A stretch of DNA of 64,000 bases from positions 32,488,001 to 32,552,000 of the forward strand of contig NC_088797.1 of assembly GCF_011386835.1 (NCBI RefSeq), written 5' to 3'. The DNA is from Chrysemys picta bellii. Lineage: Eukaryota. The translations under genes were made by a program, and so were the position numbers. The notes beneath the pieces were generated by a model, which did not search any database, was not told where the DNA came from, and was given only the letters and a program-made list of their open reading frames with translations. Positions 11,312 through 25,429 of this stretch are shown piece by piece. How positions within the stretch are numbered: position 1 is the first letter of the stretch; every line of letters begins with the position of its first letter.

Positions 11312-14300
11312 TTAAAAGCCCTTGTTCAACAACCACTCTTTCAGTTCATTGTCAAAATAGCCCTTGATACGGATGCTGCAGGTGATTTCGTTGACTTGAA
11401 TAGGTGGTGGTTTCCCAGCGAGCTGAGTGAGGAACTCCTTAACTTCCTCTTCCAGGGCCTGAGGTTAAAGAAACAGAACAAGAATAAAGTTTCAATGTAA
11501 CTATCAAATAATGACAGTCCAAAAGTTTATAGGCATCAAACACTAGGCCAGGCTTTCAGCAGTTAAGAGCTAGTTTGACTGTCTTGGTTTAAAGCTGGGC
11601 ATGTGTAAGGCATAACACTAAACAGTTCAGAGATGTTATGTTAATTATGTCTTGTAGGAGCTGCCAGAATAGCAGTGTCAGTGGTCCAGCTAGTCTGGTA
11701 TTTTGTTTCCTGGGGTGGTAGATGAGTCTAACAAATAGAACTCTCCATTTTCTGCATCCATGCAAGGAGGAAAGTGATCTCTCCTCAAGAAAGAAAGCTT
11801 TGCTCCTTATTCTGGACTAGTATAGCATCCCTATTAGCTTTTTCCTAACTAATATCACTGTAGTGGCTGTTACTCTGGGGAATATGTAACTGTCTTACAA
11901 AGCTGTATTTAGGGCCCTACCAAATTCTTGGCCATGAAAAACGTGTGTCAAACCATGAAATCTGGTCTTTTGTGTGCTTTTACCCTATACTATAGGGATT
12001 TCATGGGGGGGAGACTAGTGTTTCTCAAATTGGGGGTCCTGACCCAAAAGGCAGTTGCAGGGAGATCACAAGGTTATTTTAGGGGGCTACAGTATTGTCA
12101 CCTTTACTTCTGTGCTCATACTATACCATGTTATCCTTACTTTTGCACTGCTGGTGGCAGCGGCTCTGCCTTCAGAGCTCCGCTCCTGGCCAGCAGTTGC
12201 CATTCTCCAGCTGCTCAGCTCTGAAGGCCGTGCTGCTGTAAGAGTAGCAGTACCGCAACCAACCACCCCCCCACCTCCCAATAACTTTGACTCCCTCCCC
12301 TCACACTCCTTTTTGGGTCAGGACTCCTACAGTTACAACACCATGGGATTTCAAATTTAAATAGCTGAAATGAAATTTACCATTTTTAAAATTCTATGAC
12401 TGTGAATTTGACCAAAATGGGCTGTGAATTGGTAGGACCCTAGCTATATTTCTCTGATTGGCTGTGAAACTGACTTCTGCAGGATACATTCAATACACAT
12501 TCTCCTACTATTATTAAATTTTCATTCCCTTTTGGGGTAAGGAGAATCACTGAATATGCATTGTTTAAGAAGCTGTATCATCAGTGGTAGGCTGTTAGGA
12601 ATGAGTTGGAATGGTGCATACCCAGATATCTCCTTCGATTTTCCTGATAACAGTCATCCTCCTATTGCCACTGGTGATGTCCTTATAGACTGGAACGTTG
12701 TGCATGCGGGACCGTCTCACAAAGTAAGGAAGGGCAGGTGGAGTATCTAATAAAAAAAAAACTGATTTCAACTCTAGGTCAGACCACTGTCTGCTCTGCA
12801 TGCTCCACTAGTGAGCTCAGATCAGAAAAGTGACCCTGGTGACACTCAAGTCATCTCAGTTTGCAACTCTACTCTCCGTACCATAGACTCCCAGTACCAT
12901 CTAAAAATCCAACTGGGTTGTTCCTGGCAAAAATGCAATCAGAATTTAGCTGACTTATGCACAAAGGCAGAACTGATGCCTGCTCATATGCCGTAGCTTG
13001 GCTAAAAATCTGACGAATAAATTTTAGTCACTTTTCTGATGCCAACTGCTTAACAAGGCTTGTATTTCTCAAGCTTTAGAAGGCCTCTTTTCCTGGAATA
13101 GGCTTACAGAGGGGTAAGCCTATTCCAGGAAAAGAGGCAGCATACCCTGCTGGAAGGACTACTAGAAACCTTGATCACTTTGTATCTTACTCTTAAAACC
13201 ACAAATCCTTGAAATAAAAGATGCAAACAACAGTGACTAGCTCAAAATAAGTTACAGGAAGCGAGGCCAGAGTTTGGGGGCAGTTTGTGTTGTTAGAAGT
13301 CAGAGTACTGCAGGTTGGGTGCCTTCTGATCTGAGAAAATGTATCTTTTTTGCTGTAGGCTCATATACCCTTCAGGGTTATGCAGCACTATGGGGGTAAA
13401 CTTTCAAAGAGACAAATGGCACCCAGTCATAGGAATATATAGCACTGTGACCAAAACCCACCACTTTAAAATCACATGGAAAAACGTTTTAAGGAGCATA
13501 TGGGACTTGCTAACATTCAATGCACTTACTGCAGCATAACCCATAATCTAGTGGAAAAAATGTAGGTGTGACACTAATTCCCCTTCACTTAAGAGCATTG
13601 AATGTTCTAAAATACTGTGGAACAGCGGTCACCTCGATCCTAGATGATCTCCCAGTCAATTGTGATCTCTGGCAGTGCAGTGAGACTGCAACTAAAGCTT
13701 GCTCCCTGCCTGCCCTTGCCCCACACAGCTCCTGGAAATGGCCAGTGCAGGCCCCAGGGGGGAGCAGGGGTCTCCCTCTGCACACTGCTCCTGCCTGCAA
13801 GCAGCTCCCATTGGCCGGAAACAGGGAGCTGTGGCCAATGGTAGATGCAGGGAAAGTGCTTGCAGAGAGGGGCAGCAGGCAGGGGCACATTAGTCTGACC
13901 AGGAGCCACCCATGGTAAGTTCTGCCCAGCAGGAGGCTGCACCCCAGATCCAGCACCCTAAACCCCCTCCTGCACCCCAGCCCTGACCCCCCTGTACCAA
14001 AACTCCCTCCCAGAGCTTCCATCCCTCACCCCCTACTGCATGCGAACCCTCTACCCCAGGCTTAGCCCAGAACCCCTTCCCACACTGAAACCCACCAACC
14101 CAGAGCCTGCACCCTCTCCCGAACCTCAACCCTCTACCCAGGGCCATCCCTAGCTATTCTGGGGCATACACAGCCCCTCCCAAGGGGGGGGTCCCCAGGC
14201 CTCCATGGGGGCTGGCTTGGGGGGCAGGAGGGAACTACCCCCCAGCACTCACTGGCAGCACAGCTGGGTTGCTGCACTTCCAGCTACTGGTGAGTGCAGG

Positions 14301-15791
14301 CCCAGCCCTGCTGCAGTCCTCAGGAGAGTGGGGGCTGGGGTGGAGCAGGGCTGGGGCTTTGGGGAAAGTGCGGAGTTGGGGCAGGGCTGGGGTGGAAAGG
14401 GGCAGGGCTGGAGCAGCACACAGCTGCACAGGGCACCAGGAAATGTGGAGTCCCACACAGCTGCATACTTTGCATATGGGTAGGGACAGCCCTGCCCCTA
14501 CCCCAGGCCAGTGAAAATGAGTGAGGTTGGAGAAGAGCAAGCAAGGGGGGGGGCGGGGGTGATGATTCTGGGTTGCCCTTAAATTCAAAAAGTGATCTTG
14601 AGCATAAAAAGGTTGGAGATCACTCCTCTAGCTCAGGCCAAAGCTGGTCTTCCTCACAATAGCACCATCTTGGGCTCTTATCTCATTGGTGGGAGGAGCT
14701 AGTCAATGCAGAACTGGGATACAGGCACAGCATGCTAAATCAGCACTTAACAAAAACAAGGAGTCCAGTGGCACCGTAAAGACTAACAGATTTATTTGGG
14801 CATAAGCTTTTGTGGGGGGGAAAAAAACCCCACTTCTTCAGCTGCATGGAGTGAAAATTACAGATACAAGCATAAATATATATTGGCGCATGAAGAGAGT
14901 TACCTTACAAGTGGGGAACTTCCCTTCTCTTCATGTGCCAATATATATTTATGCTTGTATCTGTAATTTTCACTCCATGCAGCTGAAGAAGTGGGTTTTT
15001 TTCCCCCCCACAAAAGCTTATGCCCAAATAATTAGTCTTTACGGTGCCACTGGACTCCTCCTTGTTCTTGTGGATACAGACTAACACAGCTACCCCTCTG
15101 AAACTTGGCACTCAACAACAGTTGCTACAACTAGGCTTGGTAGAATTTGATTTTTGTTTTGATGGATAATGTTTTAAGCAGCTTTTTCAATTTAAATTTC
15201 CAGTTGTGAAAAATCATGGCTCTTAAGCATTTTGTTGATTTAAATATTCACAATTGTGGGAAGTTAGACATGTTGAATTGACCTTTACTGAGCCATGGAA
15301 TCCTTCCAAACCCAGCTCCAGGAGAGGGGCCCTATACTGTTACCTGATGGGGCTCTCCAGCCCGACGGGGTGGGGTACTCGGCGTGTTTGGGGGGAGCAG
15401 GAATTCTGGTGGGTGGAATGAGTCTCTCCACAAATTTATATTCTTCAGTGGATTCCACAATCCCGGGATAATGGGGGTGGTGGGTCTCAGGTTTGTCCCG
15501 GGACTGGCTCTGAAATGCAAGGGGGGAGGGTAAATAACCTTCAGGTGCTGTTCTCGTGCTATCCCGCCTGCGGGAGCCGAGCGCTGCCTGTCCCGCCCCA
15601 CGGCGGGCGCCGTTTCAGTGGGGCAGGAGAGCCACCCCCTAGCTGCGGGCGGGCGGTAAGGACGAACCGGCTACCTGAGCCCCCGTTACCGGTACCTGCC
15701 GGGCAGTCGCCTGCAGCAGCCGCCGGGCCCCCGCGCCCCACACGCCACCCGGCCGTCTCCTCAGCCCCGCTAAAGCTATGGCCGCCGCCAT
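11312..15791 (-). CDS. MRPL49: Mitochondrial ribosomal protein L49, 4 exons: 15791..15696, 15509..15344, 12746..12622, 11458..11312 (177 aa)
   Basis: [13 protein letters not shown]... presequence; [38 protein letters not shown]; [37 protein letters not shown]; [28 protein letters not shown]. Splice phases consistent; head-to-head with FAU as in mammals. Confidence 0.95.
11910..12442. mobile_element. hAT-type MITE
   Basis: TIR TAGGGCCCTACCAAATTC / GAATTGGTAGGACCCTA; 8-bp TSD GCTGTATT / GCTATATT. Confidence 0.8.
14754..15107. mobile_element. Penelope-like element pLTR fragment in inverted (palindromic) arrangement, MRPL49 intron 2
   Basis: Near-perfect inverted arms (~14757-14898 vs ~14922-15060); TSD GCACT(T/C)AACAA at 14743-53 and 15108-18; same family as the 3' end of the PLE at 40358..42066. 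Confidence 0.8.
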
Positions 15792-15960
15792 CTTGCTACC
15801 GCGTCCGGCTGGGACCGAGGGGTTGTGACGTAAAAATAGGACGCCTCCGCGGGCGACAGACGACCGTGTATGACGTAACGCTTTACGCACCGCGCGCGTC
15901 TCCCTGTACGTATATCAGCGTGCGCGCTCCCGCTCAACTCCTTTCTCTTTCCGGCTCCAT
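15785..15960. promoter_or_regulatory. MRPL49/FAU bidirectional CpG-island promoter
   Basis: YY1 motif AAGATGGCGG over the MRPL49 ATG (minus strand); two CRE/ATF-like TGACGTAA (15826, 15871); TATA-like TATAT at 15911; TCT/5'TOP tract CTCCTTTCTCTTTCC at ~15938-15952, typical of ribosomal-protein genes. Confidence 0.8.
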
Positions 15961-17448
15961 CTTGTACGGTGGTGGCGTCTCGTGGTGAGTGAGGCCCCGA
16001 TGTCCTGCCCGCCGGAGAGCGCGGCCTGGGAGGGGCTCTGGGGGGCTGGATCAGGCGGTGGGTGACGCCGGTGGGAGGGTGGTTTGGGGGCTGTGGGTGG
16101 GAGGTGTGAGGGGGGATTCAGAATGGGGCGGGACATGAAGCCCTCGCCTCACCCGTCTCCCGGGGCTCGTGGTGCGGGGCCACCCCTGGGCGGCATGGGG
16201 TGACTGGCAGTTGTGGTGCGGGGTGGAGATGGGTCTAGGGTGGCGGGTAGGAAACCCCTTGGGCGAGTGAAGGCAGGAGGTTCCACCACTCCAGTGGGCC
16301 AGGCGCCTCGCTGGCCTGTTCTGGAACAGGAGCCCAACGTGGGCAAGGAAGGGGCAGATGGGGCTCCCAGGCAAACTGTGAGACGGCTTGGGACTGGCTC
16401 ATGTCATGGATTGTGACTAGTGAGTAGATCCCTGGATGGTGCCGGGTGCCTTGTGTCTCTCCCAAGGTACCTGGTCATTGGGAAGTGGCTCCCCATTCTG
16501 CATCTCCTGCTAAAGTTGGCTAGCTCAGCTGGGCACTTTTAAGCCTCATTCCCTAGTGAACCACTTCTGGCTTCTATCTCCAGAGCTGCGAGGAAAGTGG
16601 AGTCTGTGGATTTTAGAGCAGGGGAGGACTGGGAGTCAGAACTCCTGGGTTCTGTTTGTGGCATACTAAGGATGCTGCTACTCAAGTGTATCCAAACTTC
16701 CACGTTACACAACCCTTCAGACTAATCCAGGCCCAGCAGGTGGCATTGACTTTTTACCAGTACTGTCTGTTGCCGGGGTTGCAGCAAAGTCTATCCGGGG
16801 AGGAGCATCAGTAAAGTTTCCTTGTTTATGCCCTAGCAGATCTGCTACCTGAAACCTCTGCCATTGTTGGGAAGGTGCAGAGACTGACTTTGGCTAGATT
16901 GTGCTTGATCTGAGGCAGTCAGAATTCCAGGGCCTTTGGAGATACCCAAACCCTGGCAAAGGCAGGTATCCTGATTGCATTGTGTAGGCAATGATTTACT
17001 GCTGCAGGCTAAGTCACTTGACTCATGTTTCGATATGGGGTTCATAGCTAGAGAAGGGGGCTGGGAGCCAGGTCTTCTGAGTTCCTTTACTTACTCTTCT
17101 GTTTAAGCCAGTGACAGAACTTCTGGGCACTCTTCCAGGGTTTGTCACTGGCTCTGGAAGTGGGGGTGAGGGGGGAGTGGATTACAGCAGGGGTGCTGGT
17201 AGTCAGGACTCCTGGGTTCTATTTGTAGGTGTTTCACTGGCTCATAATGTCTGCTTGTTTCCTGTTTGGGTTTTATCTGTAGAGCTCCCAGTAGGTTATT
17301 GGGTAGCTGCTTGTCTCTCTCAGCCAGTCTAGTGCAATGTAGCCATAGAATGCGAGACCTAATGTCTTTAGCCTGCTGGGGGAATGGCCTGGTCTCAGGT
17401 AAATTGCCTTAACACTTGTTGTTCTGTCCATTCAGCATAGCTGGAACC

Positions 17449-20068
<2,620 letters not shown>

Positions 20069-20084
20069 ATGGCACACTTCACCC

Positions 20085-20090
20085 AATAAA
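20085..20090 (+). terminator. FAU polyadenylation signal
   Basis: AATAAA 17 nt after the stop codon; short 3' UTR typical of ribosomal-protein mRNAs. Confidence 0.85.
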
Positions 20091-20682
20091 GCAGATGTCA
20101 CCTGAGCGTGCTGTCTTGTGGCTGCTTTCATTCCCAGAGTCCTGAAACCCAGGGGGCGGGGGGGCATTCTCTTCTCCCTCCCCTTGCATGTGAGCTGGCT
20201 CTGTTCAAGATGCCCTTGAGTCTCAGCCACTCTCAACCACTCCTGCCTGCCTGTGCTTCAGATTCCTCTGGGGGCACTTCAAGGGAGGGAACCAGCTGTG
20301 AGTGGCTGAGAAAGAGAGGTTGGGGAGGAGCTAGGTCCCAGACAACTGGGGTTGCCCTACCTGCTGTCTTCTGAGAGTTTACATACCACTGCATGTTCAC
20401 TGACGCCTCAGTGCATTCCATGTCCTGTAGGCAACCTGCATTACTGGCACTCCAAGCAGGAAGGGGAATGAGTGCTAGTTTTGTCTGCTCTGTGGGCTGA
20501 ATTCTGAACTCACTCTTTACAACAGTGCAGATTCTTTCTCCCAGTAGAAGTCTCCCCAGAGCTTCTCATTTTGGTGCCCAAAATCTAGGGGTGGAAAACC
20601 CTTCTGGAAGCTGTTGCTACAATGAGCAGGCAACTGTTTATCCTCTGCTTAAACAGATTAGTAGAAACAAAGAACAAAAAGA

Positions 20683-20919
20683 ACAAGGAGTCTGGTGGCA
20701 CCTTAAAGACGAACAGATTTATTTGGGCATAAGCTTTCGTGGGTAAAAACCTCCATGTGTCAGTATATAATGCCTGCATCTGTAACTTTCACTCTATGCA
20801 TCTGAAGAAGTGAGGTTTTTACCCAGGAAAGCTTATGCCCAAATAAATGTTAGTCTTTAAGGTGCCACCAGACTCCTTGTTGTTTTTGGAGATACAGACT
20901 AACACGGCTACCCCCTGAT
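20683..20919. mobile_element. Penelope-like pLTR palindromic insertion
   Basis: Inverted arms sharing GGCACCTTAAAGAC..ATTTATTTGGGCATAAGCTTTC; direct repeat AAAGAACAAAAAGA at 20669-82 and 20920-33. Confidence 0.78.
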
Positions 20920-21379
20920 AAAGAACAAAAAGATTGATCTAGTACTCTGAGCTGCATTGAGAACCTGGGTAGCTCAGTCCTGTTCCCCACTTCATGATTG
21001 AGGCCTTGGCTACACTTGCGAGTTACAGCACTGTAAAGGCTCCCCCAGCGCTGTAACTCACTCCCCGTCCACACTGGCAAGGCATTTGCAGCGCTGCATA
21101 TACTCCACCTCTCCGAGAGGAATAACAAGTGCAGCTCTGCCGCTGCAGCACCAGTGTGGCCGGCCACTGCTCTGTGAATGGCCTTCAGAATTATTCAGCA
21201 GTATCCCACAATGCCTGTTCTAGCCACTCTGGTCATCAGTTCAAACTCTACTGCCCTGGCCTCAGGTAACCAACCATGTGACTGACCCTTTACATTCCCT
21301 GGGAATTTTAAAAATCCCCTTCCTGTTTGCTCAGCCTGGCGTGGTGTGGAGTGCTATCAGCGAATCTTTCCAGGTGACC

Positions 21380-23140
21380 ATGCCTCCAAGCGAGCCCCAG
21401 CATGGAGCAATGGCGAGTTGCTGGACCTAAACAGTGTTTGCGGGGAGGAAGCTGTCCAGTCCCAGCTGCGCTCCAGACGTAGGAATTACGATACCTTCGG
21501 GAAGGTTATCAAAGGACATGTTGGAAAAGTGCCGTGACCGGGATGCCCTGCAGTACAGGATTAAAGTGAAGGAGCTGCGGAGTACCTACTGCAAAGCCCG
21601 CGACGCAAACGGCCGCTCGGGTGCACCCCCGTGACCTACCGATTCTACAAAGAGCTGGATGCGATACTTGGGGTTAACCCCACCTCCACTCCGAGCACCA
21701 CCATGGACACTTCAGAGTCGGGGGGGGGGGGGGGAGGGGGAGAGGAGGAAAACGGGAGTGATGGTGGTGTGCCAGATGGAGACATCCCAGGAGCTCTTCT
21801 CGAGCCAGATGGAAGGTAGCCAGTCGCAGCGGCCGGTACTTGGTAGAGGACAAACGGAAGAGCAGGTTCCCGGTAAGTGTGTTTTTTTTTGTTTGTTTGT
21901 TTTTTTCGGGAAGGAATTTTTTCAGTGCGGGCTCTTTGGGAGAGGAGGGTTAGGCATGCATGCCTAGATGCGGAATAGTGCATTGATGTGGTTCATCACA
22001 TCGTAATAATCGGCCTTGGTAATCTCCTCAAATGTCTCATCCAGAACGTGTGCAATGCGCTTGCGCAGGTTTATCGGGAGAACCACCATGGTCCTTGTCC
22101 CAGCCAGGCTAACGTGTCCGTGCCACTGTGCCACGAGGGGTGGGGGGACCATTGTTGCACACAGGCAAGCTGCATGGGGGCCAGGACAGAAGCCGTATTG
22201 CAGTAGAAGACCCTCCCTTGCTTCCCAGGTCACCCTCAGCAGCGAGATATCTTCCAGGACAAAGTCCTGTGGAAAATGTTGGAACAGTGTTTCAGTGTAG
22301 GTGCCCCCTGAAGCTGTTGGCTCTCCCCAAGGCACAGAAACCCAGAGGACAGTGCAGCCCTGAAACAATCAGTCCCTCTTACTCACCATTTTGAGGCTCC
22401 CATGGGATGTGTGTGCTCTGTTTTGGACGGGAAAATTATGCTATGTGTAGACCCTGTGTGTTTTCTACTCCTCAAGTGCGGGGGGGAATCATTACTCTGT
22501 CTGGTATAAACAATGCTGCCTCTGTTAAATGTTGCATTTTGCCTATACAGCTGCATCAAGCTTGAGACCTCAGCCATCCCTCTTATCGCCTGCTCAGAGA
22601 CTGCAAAGACTCAGGAAGAGACCGCGAAAAAGCAAAGAAGACATGCTGTGGCAATCTATTAAAGAGAATGAGAGAGCACAGGACTGGAGGGAGAGAGAAA
22701 GCAGGATCTGCCAGGAAAATGCAGCGCACCGGTGGCAAAGCACTGATAGGCTCATAAGCATCCTGGAGCACCAAGCAGACGCTATCCAGGAGCTGGCAGC
22801 CACGCAGAAAGAGGAGCAGTACCGCAAACGCCACCCCCACCCCCAAGCCCTTGTCCCAAAACTTTCCATTGTGCCCCACTGTCACCTCCAACCCACTTTC
22901 CCCAACTTCTGTGTTCTTCATGCCACCTGCTGCCTCCAACACCACTATCTTCACCATCCAGCCCTGAAAACCACGACCCTTACCCTCTGCACTCAACTGC
23001 CATCACCATGCCGTATAGCTATCCTGAAGTGCAGCACTCACTGCACAGCACACCACACAGGACATACGCGGATCTGTGATTGTACTGTTCCCCACTCCAC
23101 CCCCTTGTTTCTTTTCAATAAATGGATTCTTTGGCTTTGA
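21380..23140 (+). pseudogene. Harbinger B Myb/SANT-like gene, frameshifted; exon 1 21380..21872, exon 2 from 22551
   Basis: KRAPAWSNGELLDL..., QYRIKVKELRSTYCKA, RFYKELDAILG in shifting frames; donor CG|GTAAGT and acceptor TATACAG|CTGCA match element A; exon 2 RLQRLRKRPRKSKEDM. Confidence 0.85.
21964..22389 (-). CDS. Third Harbinger gene (BEN-domain-like) of element B: complement(join(21964..22266,22387..22389)), 101 aa
   Basis: AAAATG|GTGAGTAAG donor at 22387/22386; acceptor TTTTCCACAG|GAC at 22267/22266; open frame DFVLEDISLLRVT...PGPHAACLCATMVP...HINALFRI*, homologous to 1583..1879. Confidence 0.75.
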
Positions 23141-23276
23141 AAACATTCTTTATTATTGCATAAAGTAAAAGACTCCTTAGCCCAGGAAATAAACAGGCAC
23201 TGCAAGTCTGCTTAGCAAACACTGATTCCTAAAGATTGGAACTACTGCACTTCACTCCCGTGCAGGGCACCAGATA

Positions 23277-24522
23277 TCACTGCTGGTTTTCAGCCTCAAA
23301 TTGCTCCTTCAAGGCATCCCTAATCCTTACAGGGGGCCAGCGCGGGGCTGCAATAGGCCTGCTCTCTGGCTGTGCAAATTCAGCCTCCAGGTGTTGAACC
23401 TCGGAGGTCCATGCCTGAGTGAAGCTTTCACCCTTCCCTTCACAATATTATGGAGGGCACAGCACACGGATATAACCACAGGGATGCTGTTTTTGGCCAA
23501 ATCCAGCTTCCCATACAGAGATTGCCAGCGGCCCTTTAAACAGCCAAAAGCACACTCCACAGTCATTCAGCACCAGCTCAGCCTGTAGTTGAACTGTTCC
23601 TTGCTGCTGTCAAGGCTCCCTGTGTAGGGTTTCATGAGCCACAGCATTAACGGGTAAGTGGGATGTCCAAGGATCACAATAGGCATTTCAACTTCCCCTA
23701 CCATGATCTTCCGCTCTGGGAAAAAAGTCCCGGCCTGCATCTTCCTGAACAGCCAAGTGTTCTGAAAGATGCGTCCGTCATGCACCTTTCCGGGCCAGCC
23801 TGAGTTAATGTCAATTAAACGCCCATGGTGATCCACAAGTGCCTGGAGAACCATAGAGAAATACCCCTTCCGATTAACGTACTCGGATCCTAGGTGTGGT
23901 GGTGCCAGAATAGGAATGTGTGTCCCATCTATTGCCCCTCCACAGTTGGGGAACCCCATTTATGCAAAGCCATCCACTATTTCCTGCACGTTACCCAGAG
24001 TCATGGTTCTTCTGAGTAGGATGCGATTAATGGCCTTGCAAACTTGCATCAACGCGATTCCAACGGTCGACTTTCCCACTCCAAACTGGTTTGCGACTGA
24101 CTGGTAGCTGTCTGGAGTTGCCAGCTTCCAGATTGCAATAGCCACCTGCTTCTCCACTGGCAGGGCAGCTCTCAATCTCGTGTCCATGCGCCGCAGGGTG
24201 GGGGCAAGCTCCTCACACAGTCCCATGAAAGTGGCTTTTCTCATCCGAAAGTTCTGCAGCCACTGCTCGTCATCCCAGACTTCCATGACGATGTGATCCC
24301 ACCACTCGGTGCTTGTTTCCCGAAACAAAAGCGGCATTCCCCGGTGCTGAGCATGTCCGTGAATGCCACAAGCAATTTCGTGTCATACGCATTATGCGGC
24401 TCGATAGCATTGTCGGACTCCTCACTCTCACTGTCACTTTGGATCTTAAGGAATAGTTCAACAGCCAAACGTGACGTTCTGGCGAGACTCGTCAGCATAC
24501 GCCTCAGCAGTTCGGATTCCAT
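23277..24522 (-). pseudogene. Harbinger B transposase, disrupted
   Basis: Fragments WLQNFRMRKATF, GFPNCGGAIDGTHIPI (first catalytic D), GWPGKVHD, VECAFGCLKGRW, separated by frameshifts and stops. Confidence 0.92.
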
Positions 24523-25429
24523 TTCCCGCAGACAGATCGCGCTGCACAGAAACCGTTGAAAGATGGCGCCAAAGGTGGATGGAAACAAAGGGATTTCTGG
24601 GATGCGAAGCGATGCATCACGGGGGATTGGGACAGGACCCAGAATCCCCCGCACCCACGCCCACAACCCACGGCACCAGAATGGGAAGAGGTGCTCTGTG
24701 GGATAGCTGCCCATGATGCACTGCTCCCAATAGTGCTGCAATCGCTGCAAATGTGGCCACGACAGTGCGCTGGGCAGCGGTCTGTGTGGACAGACTGCAG
24801 TGCTTTCCCTATTCAGCTGCACGAAGTCAGGTTTAACTCACAGCGCTGTACATCTGCAAGTGTAGCCAAGGCCTTAGATTAAAGAGTGGAAGACATGAGC
24901 AGGGCTTTAGTGCTGCTCACTTCATATAGCTGAAATCTGTCGGTCTCTGCGCCAGTTTCTTTGTCTGTAATGTGGTGATGATACTTCTAAGGCAGTTATG
25001 GCTGAATGAGTCAATATTTGAGAAGTGCTGGGACATCCTTGCATGGAAGGCCCAAGTGTTATTTCCACCTGGCTTTACAGTGATGACTCGGTGTGTGAGG
25101 CAGGACTGTGCTGCTGCTTTGTTGTTACTGCACCTTTGAGGGTGTAGTGCTGGATCTGTAATTGTAGGAAGAAGCAAGATGCTTTTTAAGAGGAAATGTA
25201 CAGACTCTCCTGGGGCTCCATTCTGCAAGAACCCAAAGCAATTTCGGTGCAGCTGCCTTGGGGGTGGAGCAGGCTCATTTTTTAACAGATAGGGTAGTGC
25301 CCGAGTGGGAGGGGGTGATCAATGCAGGGATTATTCAGATATGGGTGCCAGCTTTGTAAAGGCAGGGGCGGCCACGCTGCCACAGACTTCGCATACCTTG
25401 GAACTGCGCGACCCTTATGCAGTGGTCGC

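Larger units (their letters stand above)
21002..24873 (-). mobile_element. Harbinger/PIF DNA transposon B, full length (3872 bp), decayed
   Basis: Perfect 18-bp TIR GGCCTTGGCTACACTTGC (21002-19, 24856-73); flanks TGA/TTA (TNA-type target, one mismatch); transposase on -, Myb gene on +. Confidence 0.93.

Noticed and set aside
24241-24822. 193-aa minus-strand ORF
   Set aside because: Only the part from MESELLRR (24522) is the transposase N-terminus; the rest is subterminal read-through.
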